From UHGV virus genome UHGV-0215940: 39,643 nucleotides of DNA. One strand, 5' to 3'. This document shows positions 29,531-39,136 of the stretch, piece by piece. The stretch's first letter is position 1. Every line of letters begins with the position of its first letter. A program made the position numbers and the translations under genes. Below the pieces are notes generated by a model that did no database searches, was not told the DNA's origin, and saw nothing but the letters and a program-made list of their open reading frames with translations. The stretch comes from a virus.

Positions 29531-29769
29531 TAGTCACTCAGATTTTTATGGTATATTTTAAAGGACCCTCTATGGACTCCCTAGGCCCTCTCTAAGACCC
29601 TCTTTAGGTGACACTGATAGGATGGCCTATCTTTAGGTATAGACCTTAGGATAGACCATTAGAGGCTCTTTATGGGTATACCTTAGGACTTGACTCTATA
29701 GGGATGAAGTGGTGTGATGCAATCATACCGCTGAATCCCTCGGTGAGCCATCAGTCGGTCAGTAAGACC
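29531..29769. repeat. Right-end CCTAAAG repeat region (SRR-like) between gene 19.5 and the terminal repeat
   Basis: multiple ctttagg copies (tctttaggtgacactg, tctttaggtatagaccttagg). Confidence 0.6.
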
Positions 29770-29919
29770 CTAATCGCTACAAGTGAGTATAGAGCAAACG
29801 GTAGACTCCAGTGAACTGAGGTCTCCAGTAAGAGATGCGTACCCAAGGGCAGCACAAAGTACCACAAGAAATCGGTAGGTGACTCTATGCCGCAGTAGGT
29901 TCAACAATAAGCGGAACAT
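29770..29919 (-). CDS. 19.5: gp19.5, small hydrophobic protein
   Basis: 49 aa MFRLLLNLLRHRVTYRFLVVLCAALGYASLTGDLSSLESTVCSILTCSD; GGAGGAGACTC SD. Confidence 0.7.
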   Translation of the reverse strand: MFRLLLNLLRHRVTYRFLVVLCAALGYASLTGDLSSLESTVCSILTCSD

Positions 29920-30073
29920 GAGTCTCCTCCCTTTATGTTGGTCTTTAAGTTAAGGTGATATTAATACAATATAATCACCATCCTTAGAGGACACTTTAGG
30001 TACACCATTATGCATACTTTATGCACTCTATAAGTATTCATTCAGTATCTATATAGTAACCTTTCGTCCCTCC

Positions 30074-30096
30074 TCTCCCTATAGTGAGTCGTATTA
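30074..30096 (-). promoter_or_regulatory. T7 RNAP promoter phiOR
   Basis: tctccctatagtgagtcgtatta. Confidence 0.9.
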
Positions 30097-30177
30097 ATTT
30101 ATCGTGTCTTTTCAGTAACTTAAGGAACTGACCATCCGTGGCCTATAGTGCATCCATATGCAATCCTACTGCATAAA

Positions 30178-31938
30178 TCACCACTCAATGAAAGACGTAC
30201 CGTAACCCTCATCGTCCTCAGAGTACACATCAACTCCTCCTACAGACATCTCAATGATGTGCGTAGCAGCCACTGTAGGACGCATCATGTGTTCCTCAAG
30301 GAAGTCAGCAAGCACTTCACCTTCGACCTTAACGGAATCCAACTGCATGGACTCACGGAGATACTCAATGCCTAACGCAAGGGCATCCAATCGGTCATCA
30401 TGGGCCAGAGCACCTTTCTCACGAGTGATACGGGTCATCTGGTAGAACAGCGAGTACTTAACGTCATGCTTACCGTCTACATCACGAGCGGACTGATAGT
30501 CGGCCCTAATGACCTCATCACGAATGACAAGGCGGTGAGTCTGCATGACTGGCTCAAGAGTATCACAAATACGCATCTCCTTCATACCACGAGCACGAAT
30601 CTCTTCCATAGCGCAGTTGTGGTGTTTAAGAAGGATAGGACTGAACACCTTACCGAACATACCGTCACCGAAGTTACTCTCGTAGACAACCGTCTGGACT
30701 CCCCATTGCTTCGCTTTCTTAGCGAGCAACTCAAGGGTCTTATCGGAGTAGCCATCACGGAAACCTCCAGCTTCCATCAGGTAGATGTAACCGTTCAGTG
30801 TGTACAGCACAGCGTAACCTGTTTCGTCCTTACCGCGACCACTAGGGTCAATGACCAGAATCTTCTGTTGGTACTGACCTGAGTTGTTGGAGCAATCATG
30901 ATAGGTATGCAGGTCATCACCCTTAAGACCCACGTTAGGAAGGTCCTCAATGATGTTCTGACGGTTCGGAAGCCACTGGTAATGCATTGGGGCCTTCTCT
31001 AAGTCTAAGGCCGCTACGATAGCGTCACGGAGCCTCAGAGGATACTTCTCGGCATCACTCAGGTTCGGGTTAAGCATGAACTGTAACGTAAAGCCAGCCT
31101 TACCGTATTCCAACTCACGCTCACGTAGGTCATCACGGTCGAAGCGCACAGGGTCTGTTGGAGTCCCAGCGAGTGCCTCAGGGTTCTCATCGTACTCAGC
31201 GCGCAACATAGGAGCAAGACGCTGTGAGTAGTAGAGGTTCTCTTCGCGTGTCCTTGGATACAGAGCAGGCCAGATAATGGTTGTATACCCACGGTTATCC
31301 TCAAGTTCCTTATAGAGAGTCATCTCAGTCTGAGGTGTGCCAAGGTAGATAACGCGAGAGGAAGGCAGTGGTTTAAGTAATGCAGCGAACTCCTGAACGA
31401 GAGTCCAGAGCTTCTCACGGGCACCCATAGTCGCACTGTTAGACGGAATCTCAACGTCATCCGCAATGATAATGTCAGCACGGCTACCAGTTAACTGACC
31501 AGTGATACCTACTGATTTCACACTAGGAGAGTGGTCAGGCTTAGCGGGTCCAACGTCAAAGCTGATTACAGAGTCACGCTGTCCGGGTCTTGGCTTTAGC
31601 TCAGCAAGGAATGGGAGCAGGTCAATGATGTTCTTAATGAATATGGAGTTAGCGTCTGCACGTTCCTTAGAGGCTGATACAATGAGTATCTTCAACTGAG
31701 GGTCTCTCCATAAGGACCACACAACGAACGCACATGTGATGAACGACTTACCGATACCACGGAAAGCCTGTAGGATGAACTTCTTGTTGTCTCCATTCGC
31801 CAGCACCTTAGCCATGTCAATCTGACACTTAGTGGGCACCGGAAGGTTTAACGCCTTCCATAAGACGAACAGGAACGCCACGAAGTCTCCTTTCAGTTGC
31901 GCCACTACGAGCGCATTACGATTGGATTGAGTAGACAC
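30178..31938 (-). CDS. 19: Terminase large subunit / DNA maturase B (gp19)
   Basis: 586 aa, with an ATPase Walker A-like region and a C-terminal nuclease domain; T7 gp19 is 586 aa. Confidence 0.97.
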   Translation of the reverse strand: MSTQSNRNALVVAQLKGDFVAFLFVLWKALNLPVPTKCQIDMAKVLANGDNKKFILQAFRGIGKSFITCAFVVWSLWRDPQLKILIVSASKERADANSIFIKNIIDLLPFLAELKPRPGQRDSVISFDVGPAKPDHSPSVKSVGITGQLTGSRADIIIADDVEIPSNSATMGAREKLWTLVQEFAALLKPLPSSRVIYLGTPQTEMTLYKELEDNRGYTTIIWPALYPRTREENLYYSQRLAPMLRAEYDENPEALAGTPTDPVRFDRDDLRERELEYGKAGFTLQFMLNPNLSDAEKYPLRLRDAIVAALDLEKAPMHYQWLPNRQNIIEDLPNVGLKGDDLHTYHDCSNNSGQYQQKILVIDPSGRGKDETGYAVLYTLNGYIYLMEAGGFRDGYSDKTLELLAKKAKQWGVQTVVYESNFGDGMFGKVFSPILLKHHNCAMEEIRARGMKEMRICDTLEPVMQTHRLVIRDEVIRADYQSARDVDGKHDVKYSLFYQMTRITREKGALAHDDRLDALALGIEYLRESMQLDSVKVEGEVLADFLEEHMMRPTVAATHIIEMSVGGVDVYSEDDEGYGTSFIEW

Positions 31939-31947
31939 GTTGCCTCC

Positions 31948-32391
31948 TTACTTGATTTCCTGCTTACGTTGCAGTTCACGAATAGTATCCTGTAACGCAC
32001 GAATCCATGCGTCACCTTTCTGGGTCACTGCGAGAATACGCTTAGCATCTCGGTCGTCAAGTTCGGCTCTACCATCAGGCTCGAATCCACACTGACCATC
32101 GGAGGTTCCGGTAGTTTTGACTCTGACACGCAGCCGCTTATTGTCGCTACGCAAATCAGAAATAATCCTATCAGTGCTCCCTTCCAGCGCGGCAAGGTTT
32201 TCTTGATACTTAGCCGATATTTCATTGATTGCTCTTTGAGTGCTCGCCGTAGCCTCAACTCTCTTAACGTACTCATTGTGTACCTCCTGTTTCCATTTAG
32301 AGTCCATTGAGTCTGACCCTAGATGCCATCCTAATCCGAATAGCATCCCAGCGAGAACCCAAGGGATTAGCTTACGTAAAAATTGCAGCAT
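31948..32391 (-). CDS. 18.5: Rz-like i-spanin (gp18.5)
   Basis: 147 aa, N-terminal TM segment MLQFLRKLIPWVLAGMLFGLGW, then coiled coil. Confidence 0.9.
   Translation of the reverse strand: MLQFLRKLIPWVLAGMLFGLGWHLGSDSMDSKWKQEVHNEYVKRVEATASTQRAINEISAKYQENLAALEGSTDRIISDLRSDNKRLRVRVKTTGTSDGQCGFEPDGRAELDDRDAKRILAVTQKGDAWIRALQDTIRELQRKQEIK
32025..32276 (-). CDS. 18.7: Rz1-like o-spanin lipoprotein (gp18.7), embedded in the +1 frame of 18.5
   Basis: 83 aa with lipobox LICVATISGC; embedded gene geometry as in T7. Confidence 0.8.
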   Translation of the reverse strand: MSTLRELRLRRALKEQSMKYRLSIKKTLPRWKGALIGLFLICVATISGCVSESKLPEPPMVSVDSSLMVEPNLTTEMLSVFSQ

Positions 32392-32446
32392 AATGCCTCC
32401 CGTTAACTTTCAGATTTCACGTAGGAGCATCGCGTGTAGACAATGA

Positions 32447-32489
32447 CATCCATAAAGACCACTATATGTAGTGGCCTTGAGTATATCAC
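32447..32489 (-). promoter_or_regulatory. RNase III hairpin R18.5
   Basis: catccataaagaccactatatgtagtggccttgagtatatcac. Confidence 0.55.
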
Positions 32490-32755
32490 TGTAATGTGTA
32501 AATATCGTCATCCGTAAGACCGTTATCACCGACTTTCTCTTTGTACTCTTCAAGAGCACCAGCAAGTCCACCCAAGATGTGAACATCCGGCTGCAACTTA
32601 CCAATCTGGAACTTGTGGCGGTCTAACAGTTTGTTAATAGCATTATAGAGTTGCGGGGAACGACGTTCAGGGTCCGAAAGGTCCGCAAGCATACGCTGAG
32701 CCATCGCAGTGTCCAACATCTCTAAGAATGTAATAAGGCTCTTATCCTTTTCCAT
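32486..32755 (-). CDS. 18: Terminase small subunit / DNA maturase A (gp18)
   Basis: ATG at 32753-32755 with AAGGAG SD; 89 aa MEKDKSLITFLEMLDTAMAQRMLADLSD. Confidence 0.85.
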   Translation of the reverse strand: MEKDKSLITFLEMLDTAMAQRMLADLSDPERRSPQLYNAINKLLDRHKFQIGKLQPDVHILGGLAGALEEYKEKVGDNGLTDDDIYTLQ

Positions 32756-32760
32756 ATGTA

Positions 32761-32964
32761 TCACTCCTTATTGGCTCTCTTCCAGTCAATCATCTTATCG
32801 ACTACCTTGGCACCAATCTGAACCACTGTGTAGGCAATAGCGGCAACGTAGAACCACTCATTAAGACTCAGCCCGAAGAAAAGCCTCGCAGCGCCATCAG
32901 CCACACCTGTACCAACAATAGGTGCCGCCTTGACTAACTCATTGTTAAAATCTAAAGACAGCAT
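32761..32964 (-). CDS. 17.5: Class II holin (gp17.5)
   Basis: 67 aa MLSLDFNNELVKAAPIVGTGVADGAARLFFGLSLNEWFYVAAIAYTVVQIGAKVVDKMIDWKRANKE with a single TM segment. Confidence 0.9.
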   Translation of the reverse strand: MLSLDFNNELVKAAPIVGTGVADGAARLFFGLSLNEWFYVAAIAYTVVQIGAKVVDKMIDWKRANKE

Positions 32965-33017
32965 GTGTCCTCCTTGTGAGAGTCCTTCCGTGGACTACAC
33001 GTCTTTCCTTGATATGA

Positions 33018-33395
33018 TTATTCCAGACCCTTCAACTCAGCCATGAGTTTCAGTAAGTCCTGCTCAATGTCCTCCTTAGTTCGCTTCTTGGTTTCTTCTG
33101 GTGCGTGGAAAGTCTTACCATCCCAAATACACCCTCTCCAGTTATCAGAGAACTCGAAGGAATCAGCCACAATAATGGTTCCTCCTTCTACTGGGACGTA
33201 CAGGCCAGACACTGGGCCGTCAGTGGCCCACATAACGTCTCCTTTAGGACCAACACCAACTACCCACGTCTCAGGTCGTACGTCTAGCTCATCCATTAAA
33301 GCGTACCAGTCAACGCCATTAAGGTCGTGGATTTCATAGATTGGTTTGCCCAAGTAAACCCCTTCGGTCCACTTCCAGTTAGTAAATACTCGCAT
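33018..33395 (-). CDS. Hypothetical 125-aa protein downstream of the tail fibre, with no T7 counterpart; possible tail-fibre accessory or chaperone
   Basis: ATG preceded by AAGGAGGAA SD, where the gene 17 TAA forms part of the SD; MRVFTNWKWTEGVYLGKPIYEIHDLNGVDWYALMDELD...KEDIEQDLLKLMAELKGLE. Confidence 0.65.
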   Translation of the reverse strand: MRVFTNWKWTEGVYLGKPIYEIHDLNGVDWYALMDELDVRPETWVVGVGPKGDVMWATDGPVSGLYVPVEGGTIIVADSFEFSDNWRGCIWDGKTFHAPEETKKRTKEDIEQDLLKLMAELKGLE

Positions 33396-33404
33396 GGTTC
33401 CTCC

Positions 33405-35081
33405 TTACTGAGACGCAATGATTCTTTTCGTGCCGTTATGAAACCCCAACCACACTGGTCTTACTTGAATACCTTGAACACTTCCGTTAGAAGTGGTTGT
33501 ACCTGTTTGGACATGACCGGATGGAGCCAAGTTATCCATATAGCCACCATATGTTTGTTGCCACACCCCAGGACCTAGGTATACATCCCCTATGAAATGT
33601 CTTCGAACCCAGTCATCAAGGTATCCATCATCATACACAGAGCCGGATAAACGACCGTCCCCTGTGAACATAGCCCCGCCGTGCAGCCTAACACTACCAG
33701 AGATCAACTGTCGTGAGGCGTTAACATCCATTGGGGACCAAAAGCTACCGTCTCCGTCGAATGTCCACACTCTAACGTTACCACCCTCATCTGTAAACAT
33801 GATGTTCCATACGTTCTTACCGTCACCTTGAACTAGGATTCCTTGGTGCCATGCTTTGGCATCCACACCTGATTGGTAGGAGCGCTGTTTAATGAGTGGG
33901 AAGTATTCGTTACGAACCCCATCTGGCACAGTTCCCCATAATGGGGCATTCTCGTTCCACTGTCCTGCGTGAGACCTGTCTCCGGTCCATCCCGTCTGGA
34001 TGTCCCTTACATGGTATGTTCTACTGTCGAACTTGGTGTAATTATTCCCACTAGCATCATAGACTAAAGTTGAAAAGGCGCGTCCTGTACCTGCTCCACG
34101 CTCAAGTACAAAGTCGTAGAAAAGGTTGCCGGAACCATCTCGCCAAAGACCAGAGCGATACATGTCTCCTTCCGTTGTATTGGAAAGTATCTGTATGCTT
34201 TGTCTCCAGACGAGGCTTCCCTTAAAGAATACAGTTGTACCAATAACATTGTCGATAGCACCAGCAAGTGCGTTCCAGTTTCCCAGCTTGTCTGCTTCCT
34301 GCTTCGCTCGGTCTGCTTGCTGTTTTGAAGAAGCCGCAGAATCCGCTGAGGCCGTAGCTGAGTTCTCAGCGTTCACCTCAGATTGATGTGCGGCAGTGGC
34401 AGAGTTACCAGCAGATGTGGCAAATTGACCAGCCGTATTCTTGAACTGCTCAGCTTCATCGCGGAACCCCTTAGCATCATCACGCCACTGCTTTGTGTTA
34501 GCAGCGTTGGTACCAGACTCGTTCTTAAAGCCTTCCGCTTGGTTTCGGAAAGTCTCAGCCTCATTACGGAACTGTAGGGCCTCATTACGAGCCTGCCATG
34601 AGTTCTGGTTCATGGTCTTAAGTTGACCAAACGGAACAGCGTCACGGTCATCCACGGCGTTCGCTAGGTTGACAATTCGACGACCACGCGCATCCAAGTG
34701 ACCATCGTTATTGACACCGATAGTATCAGCAGTTAGGTCACGGGCCTCTTCCGCTACGTGCATCGTTTGAATCTGGGCGACGTTAAGGTCATACGCACGG
34801 AGGATAGAGCCGTCCGTAAAGTCAACCAATCTGTCGGTCGTGGAGGTTACTCGGCGCAACTCGATGGTCGTGTAGCCATCGGCTGGACCCCAAGCCTTGG
34901 TCAGAGAGATGGTAGTACGTGTAGCAAAGCGATAGTCTGTATTAATCGTAAGGACCTTACGGTCTACGCCAATAAGAGTTACCACTACGAACTTACGTGC
35001 TAGATACTCAAACGGGATATTAAAATCACGAGTGGAGCCATCTAACTGGTAAGTCAAAACGGTTTTAATTACGTTAGCCAT
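33405..35081 (-). CDS. 17: Tail fibre protein (gp17); the N-terminal part is T7-like and the C-terminal receptor-binding part (about 290 aa) is not
   Basis: 558 aa; MANVIKTVLTYQLDGSTRDFNIPFEYLARKF... through the coiled-coil region is T7-like, then diverges after ...KLGNWNALAGAID into an unrelated domain ending ...GIQVRPVWLGFHNGTKRIIASQ. Confidence 0.95.
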   Translation of the reverse strand: MANVIKTVLTYQLDGSTRDFNIPFEYLARKFVVVTLIGVDRKVLTINTDYRFATRTTISLTKAWGPADGYTTIELRRVTSTTDRLVDFTDGSILRAYDLNVAQIQTMHVAEEARDLTADTIGVNNDGHLDARGRRIVNLANAVDDRDAVPFGQLKTMNQNSWQARNEALQFRNEAETFRNQAEGFKNESGTNAANTKQWRDDAKGFRDEAEQFKNTAGQFATSAGNSATAAHQSEVNAENSATASADSAASSKQQADRAKQEADKLGNWNALAGAIDNVIGTTVFFKGSLVWRQSIQILSNTTEGDMYRSGLWRDGSGNLFYDFVLERGAGTGRAFSTLVYDASGNNYTKFDSRTYHVRDIQTGWTGDRSHAGQWNENAPLWGTVPDGVRNEYFPLIKQRSYQSGVDAKAWHQGILVQGDGKNVWNIMFTDEGGNVRVWTFDGDGSFWSPMDVNASRQLISGSVRLHGGAMFTGDGRLSGSVYDDGYLDDWVRRHFIGDVYLGPGVWQQTYGGYMDNLAPSGHVQTGTTTSNGSVQGIQVRPVWLGFHNGTKRIIASQ

Positions 35082-35133
35082 TTGACCTCCTTAAAGTAAA
35101 TCTAAGAGACTACAGGGAGAAGATTCTTTCGCC

Positions 35134-35156
35134 TCTCCCTATAGTGAGTCGTATTA
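35134..35156 (-). promoter_or_regulatory. T7 RNAP promoter phi17
   Basis: tctccctatagtgagtcgtatta; overlaps the gene 16 stop; transcript 5' hairpin GGGAGAGGCGAAAGAAUCUUCUCCC. Confidence 0.9.
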
Positions 35157-38100
35157 TTTCCTACGTTCCCTCAGGTTAACACCGTTCGCCTCATAAATCT
35201 TCAACACAAGCTGTTGCGTCAAGGGGTCGTTCGGTACTAACTCTTTTGTGGAGTTCATAAGACCAGTCATGAAGTCCTGCTCAGTGGCTTTGTTGGGAGC
35301 ATTCACCACGCCAGCAGTATTAAGCAGGGAAGCCCCAACGTTAGCCACAAATCCAGCCGATGGCATCTGTTCAAGAATGTTGGAACCCATATTACCCATT
35401 ACCTCCCACGAGGTATAAGGCTTATTAGGGTCACGCTCCTTCACGGTGTCTTTAGGTAGAATCGTAGAGCGGGCCATCTTTGAGGACTCAACCCCGAACA
35501 GTCCACCAACTAGGTCAGCCATAGCCAAAGGAGCACCCAATTGAGAACTACGAGACAACGAAGCGTGGGCAATCATGGTTGGGTCCAGTGCTCGCTCCAA
35601 GTACTCCTTACGTTTCTCCTTAGGCATCCCATACGCTTTGACGTGTGCAGCCATAGCGTAGTAACCTCCAGCGAGACCCATAGAGATGATACCAGTCAGC
35701 GCAGCGTCAATCGCTCGGTTGTTCTTGTATCCATCATAGAAGGTTCGCAGGAACTTAGAGTTAAGGGACTTGATAGTGAAAGACTTAAACTGCATGACCA
35801 TCTTACCCAATGCTCCGAACGCATGGGAATCCTGTAAGGAAACCTTATGCGGACGCAGCATTGCCTCATCAGCTACCTTGTCAGCCAGTCGCCATAAGTC
35901 CATAGCCCGTGGGTCCATAGAGAACGCTTGCTTGTCCTTAACGGTAAACTTCCCGTCCTCACCACGTACCATATGCTCCTTGATGAGAGACTTGATTCCA
36001 GCCATCTGCTCAGGAGTTACGGATGCGCCACGAAGGAAGCCTTCTTTCTCCCAGCGGGTAGTCTTACCTGTTAGGGTGGCGCTAATAACATCCCCAAGCA
36101 TACCTTGACGCGCAGCATCCAGAAGGTAGTTAGTGGTTCCGTTCAGTAGCTTAGTCCACGGAGAGCGAGCAGCCAGTTCCTGTGTGGAGTACTTCAAGGT
36201 CCCTACGATGTTCGCCACAGCAGGTCCGGTATCAGTTGCTTCCCTTAGGCGCTGCACAATGTCAGCACGTTTAGGCCGAATCAACTGGTCCACCTCCTTC
36301 CCGAACAGAGACGCATGGAGTTCCTTGAGTTCCTTGGCGGAAACTGGTTTAGACTTGTAGAGGGTATCACGTAGAATTGGAATACCGTGACCAAGAGCAC
36401 GCACGTTACCAGTGGCAATCATCCCAGCAATCTCCGTAATGTTCTGAGCACCCATGTAGGCGTTCTTAGCGAAGAACCCTAGGTCATTGATGGAACGCAG
36501 TGAGGTTTCCCACACAGTGTCCTGATTGCGTCTAGCACGCCCAGTAAGAATCTTAACGGTATCCATGAGAGCATGTACCTCGCCAGTCTTCTTACCGTCT
36601 CCCTCAGCTTTCGCTTTGAGAGCCAAAATCTCATCCTTAAGTTCCTTAGTGGTTTTACCAGTAGACCCCATGATGGCGATGTCACCGTTGATACGGCGGT
36701 CATACGCTGGCATGATGCGGAACATATCGAAGTCCCTTAGGTCGTTCACTGAGAATTGCTGTCCGTCTGGCATAGTGATGGATAGGTCAGAATCAAACAA
36801 GTTACGTGCCTCAAGGAATGAGTTGTTCTCAATACCTACTAAGCCCTCAATGTTCTCTTCGATTATGGAACTGTTGGTGAACTGGTCTGAGTGAGAGATA
36901 CCGTAAGCCTTATCCATAGCGTACTTCTCTACCATCTCTGGCGTTACTTCCTTCACCCCGTGTACTTCCTTAAGCATCTCATCGACTCTGGCCTTGACCT
37001 CAGGTCTGGAGACGTAGCTGTTCATCCACGAACGAGCAATACCTTCCTGTAAACCTTCGGCACCGTAGCGTTGAATCATCAGCGCCTTGGCGTGACGGTC
37101 GTATACGTGAGGAACGTAGGTTCCCTTATGACGACTCTCAGGGAAGATACTCACAGCCTTCGTATTACCGAAGATTGCGGGATTCTCCATGAGTTCACGC
37201 TTGGTGTCAAAGTGACGCTTAATGATGTCCATAACGATTCTCTCAGACGGAGTGAGTGACCTCTGCAACTCTGGGCGCTCAATAGCTAATGCCGCTCTAC
37301 GGTAGATAGTGTATCGAGTCTCTTCGCGAGACATCTTAGCACCACCAGTAGAGAACTCAGGGTCTTTCATAGCGTCAGACATTGCTTTGTACAAGTCATT
37401 ATAAGTACGCTGGTCAGTACCGTGAAGTCTCTCGTGGATGTCAGAAGCTGTTGCACCGAACTTACCTGAGGCACCAGACTGCATACCAGTAGGAGAGCGA
37501 ACGAGGTCGATAGCCACTCTACGGATGTCAGCATCGTCAGACCCCAAGGTCTTCAAGCCTATCTCGGTGAACCCAGCAAGTTTGATTCCTCGCGCAGCCT
37601 TCTCAGGGTCAACCTCGGAGAACTCTTGGAGAGTCTTAGGGTTGATTGGGTTGCTTGCACTCAGAACGGAGCCGTCATGCAACACCACGGCACCTTTCTC
37701 TGTTGGTAAATCCTCATAAGGGACACCATTATGTTCACCTTCAAACTTCATGTTCTCAGTGTTCATCCGAGAGAGGTCCGCAGAGTTGGCGTTACGCGCT
37801 GTCTCACGGGCTTCCATCCGCATCATAGGGCCAATGAACTCATTATCGAACTCAGCTTCTGGTTTGCTACGTTTCAGGCCAGCAGCTACAGCGTCACTGA
37901 TTGCAGACATACCAGCGCCAAACAAAAAGCCACCTAAGGCCGAACCAGCATAGTCTGCATCACCACCAGCTACGGAGGTACGGAGACCTTCGGATGCAAC
38001 GTTCAGAGCAGCACTTTCGGCACCAACCACAAGAGCCTTATTGATTAACTTAAAGCCCTTACCAGTGACACCGACCATAGGAACATAGCTAAGTGGGTCC

Positions 38101-39110
38101 ACACCAGCACCAATAATACCAGCACTCAGTTTGGCACCTAGGCCAGCTTCGGCAGCGCGGGAGTCATTCTCAAAGTTATCGTTAGCCAGCTTAATGAGGT
38201 CGTCAAGATTCTCAGGGGAACCACCAGTTACCACGTTGATATACGCAGGGTTCTTAACCTCTGTTCGAATCTTCTCTAACTCTTCTGGAGTCCAGATGTG
38301 AGAGTTCCAGCGAGTCGGAGTAATGGTGTCTTTAAACACATCAAAACCATTATCGAGACGACCAGCACGGAAAGCCATTCCAGCGACTGAGTTGGAGAGT
38401 TCAGCTTCGGCAGCGTCTTTGAATCCGAAGAAGGTTGAACGACTGTTGTACTCGTCAAGTGTTTCTCCGTGGGTCTCCCAAAAGTCCTTGGCGAATGGTT
38501 TCGCCGGAGCCTCCTGTTCGATACCCTTAACGTCAAAACTCGTGGACTCAGGTAGTTCCTGTGTCACCTTCTGCTTGTGACCAATACCAGCCAATCCTAC
38601 CTCAGCCGGAATGCCTTTACCCTTTGGGGTGATGCCTCCAAAAGTTTCCAACTGTCCAGCCATAGGTGACTTAGCGACATCCAGAAGGTTACGCATGTAG
38701 TTACGCCCCTCCTCAGAGATTGACGCGAAGTCTCCCTTAGAGTACGCCTCAAGTTGTGGATTACCCAAGCGTCCCTCGCCTTGGTTGTACGCAAGGGCAG
38801 CTTTGAGTTCGTCACCATCGAATTTACCCACCAGACCTGCAAGGTGCTTAGCGGCAGCATTGATGGCTAACTCAGGGTTCAGTCGGTCGTCGTCTGGACC
38901 ATCGGTAACTCGCAGGCCGAGGGCCTTAGCTGTTGCCTTGGTAAATTGCATCATGCCTAATGGTCCAGTCTTAGATTTTGCTGTAGGCACAAATCGTGAT
39001 TCTGTCCAAGCGACTTTACGTAAAAGGTCATAAGAGACCCCGTTGGCATCAGCAGCCTTTTGGAACAGACCATCATATTCACTTGGTACGTTCTTATCGT
39101 ACTTATCCAT
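35154..39110 (-). CDS. 16: Internal virion protein D (gp16) with N-terminal lytic transglycosylase domain
   Basis: 1318 aa; N-terminal SLT motif region ...GPLGMMQFTKATAKALG...; T7 gp16 is 1318 aa. Confidence 0.97.
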   Translation of the reverse strand: MDKYDKNVPSEYDGLFQKAADANGVSYDLLRKVAWTESRFVPTAKSKTGPLGMMQFTKATAKALGLRVTDGPDDDRLNPELAINAAAKHLAGLVGKFDGDELKAALAYNQGEGRLGNPQLEAYSKGDFASISEEGRNYMRNLLDVAKSPMAGQLETFGGITPKGKGIPAEVGLAGIGHKQKVTQELPESTSFDVKGIEQEAPAKPFAKDFWETHGETLDEYNSRSTFFGFKDAAEAELSNSVAGMAFRAGRLDNGFDVFKDTITPTRWNSHIWTPEELEKIRTEVKNPAYINVVTGGSPENLDDLIKLANDNFENDSRAAEAGLGAKLSAGIIGAGVDPLSYVPMVGVTGKGFKLINKALVVGAESAALNVASEGLRTSVAGGDADYAGSALGGFLFGAGMSAISDAVAAGLKRSKPEAEFDNEFIGPMMRMEARETARNANSADLSRMNTENMKFEGEHNGVPYEDLPTEKGAVVLHDGSVLSASNPINPKTLQEFSEVDPEKAARGIKLAGFTEIGLKTLGSDDADIRRVAIDLVRSPTGMQSGASGKFGATASDIHERLHGTDQRTYNDLYKAMSDAMKDPEFSTGGAKMSREETRYTIYRRAALAIERPELQRSLTPSERIVMDIIKRHFDTKRELMENPAIFGNTKAVSIFPESRHKGTYVPHVYDRHAKALMIQRYGAEGLQEGIARSWMNSYVSRPEVKARVDEMLKEVHGVKEVTPEMVEKYAMDKAYGISHSDQFTNSSIIEENIEGLVGIENNSFLEARNLFDSDLSITMPDGQQFSVNDLRDFDMFRIMPAYDRRINGDIAIMGSTGKTTKELKDEILALKAKAEGDGKKTGEVHALMDTVKILTGRARRNQDTVWETSLRSINDLGFFAKNAYMGAQNITEIAGMIATGNVRALGHGIPILRDTLYKSKPVSAKELKELHASLFGKEVDQLIRPKRADIVQRLREATDTGPAVANIVGTLKYSTQELAARSPWTKLLNGTTNYLLDAARQGMLGDVISATLTGKTTRWEKEGFLRGASVTPEQMAGIKSLIKEHMVRGEDGKFTVKDKQAFSMDPRAMDLWRLADKVADEAMLRPHKVSLQDSHAFGALGKMVMQFKSFTIKSLNSKFLRTFYDGYKNNRAIDAALTGIISMGLAGGYYAMAAHVKAYGMPKEKRKEYLERALDPTMIAHASLSRSSQLGAPLAMADLVGGLFGVESSKMARSTILPKDTVKERDPNKPYTSWEVMGNMGSNILEQMPSAGFVANVGASLLNTAGVVNAPNKATEQDFMTGLMNSTKELVPNDPLTQQLVLKIYEANGVNLRERRK

Positions 39111-39136
39111 TTAGGGCCTCCTTATGTAGCCTTTAG

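Noticed and set aside
29190-29769. Short spaced direct repeats (ctttagg) that could look like a CRISPR array
   Set aside because: The repeat unit is only 7 bp with irregular spacing and no cas genes. These are the T7 CCTAAAG concatemer-junction repeats that flank the terminal repeat.
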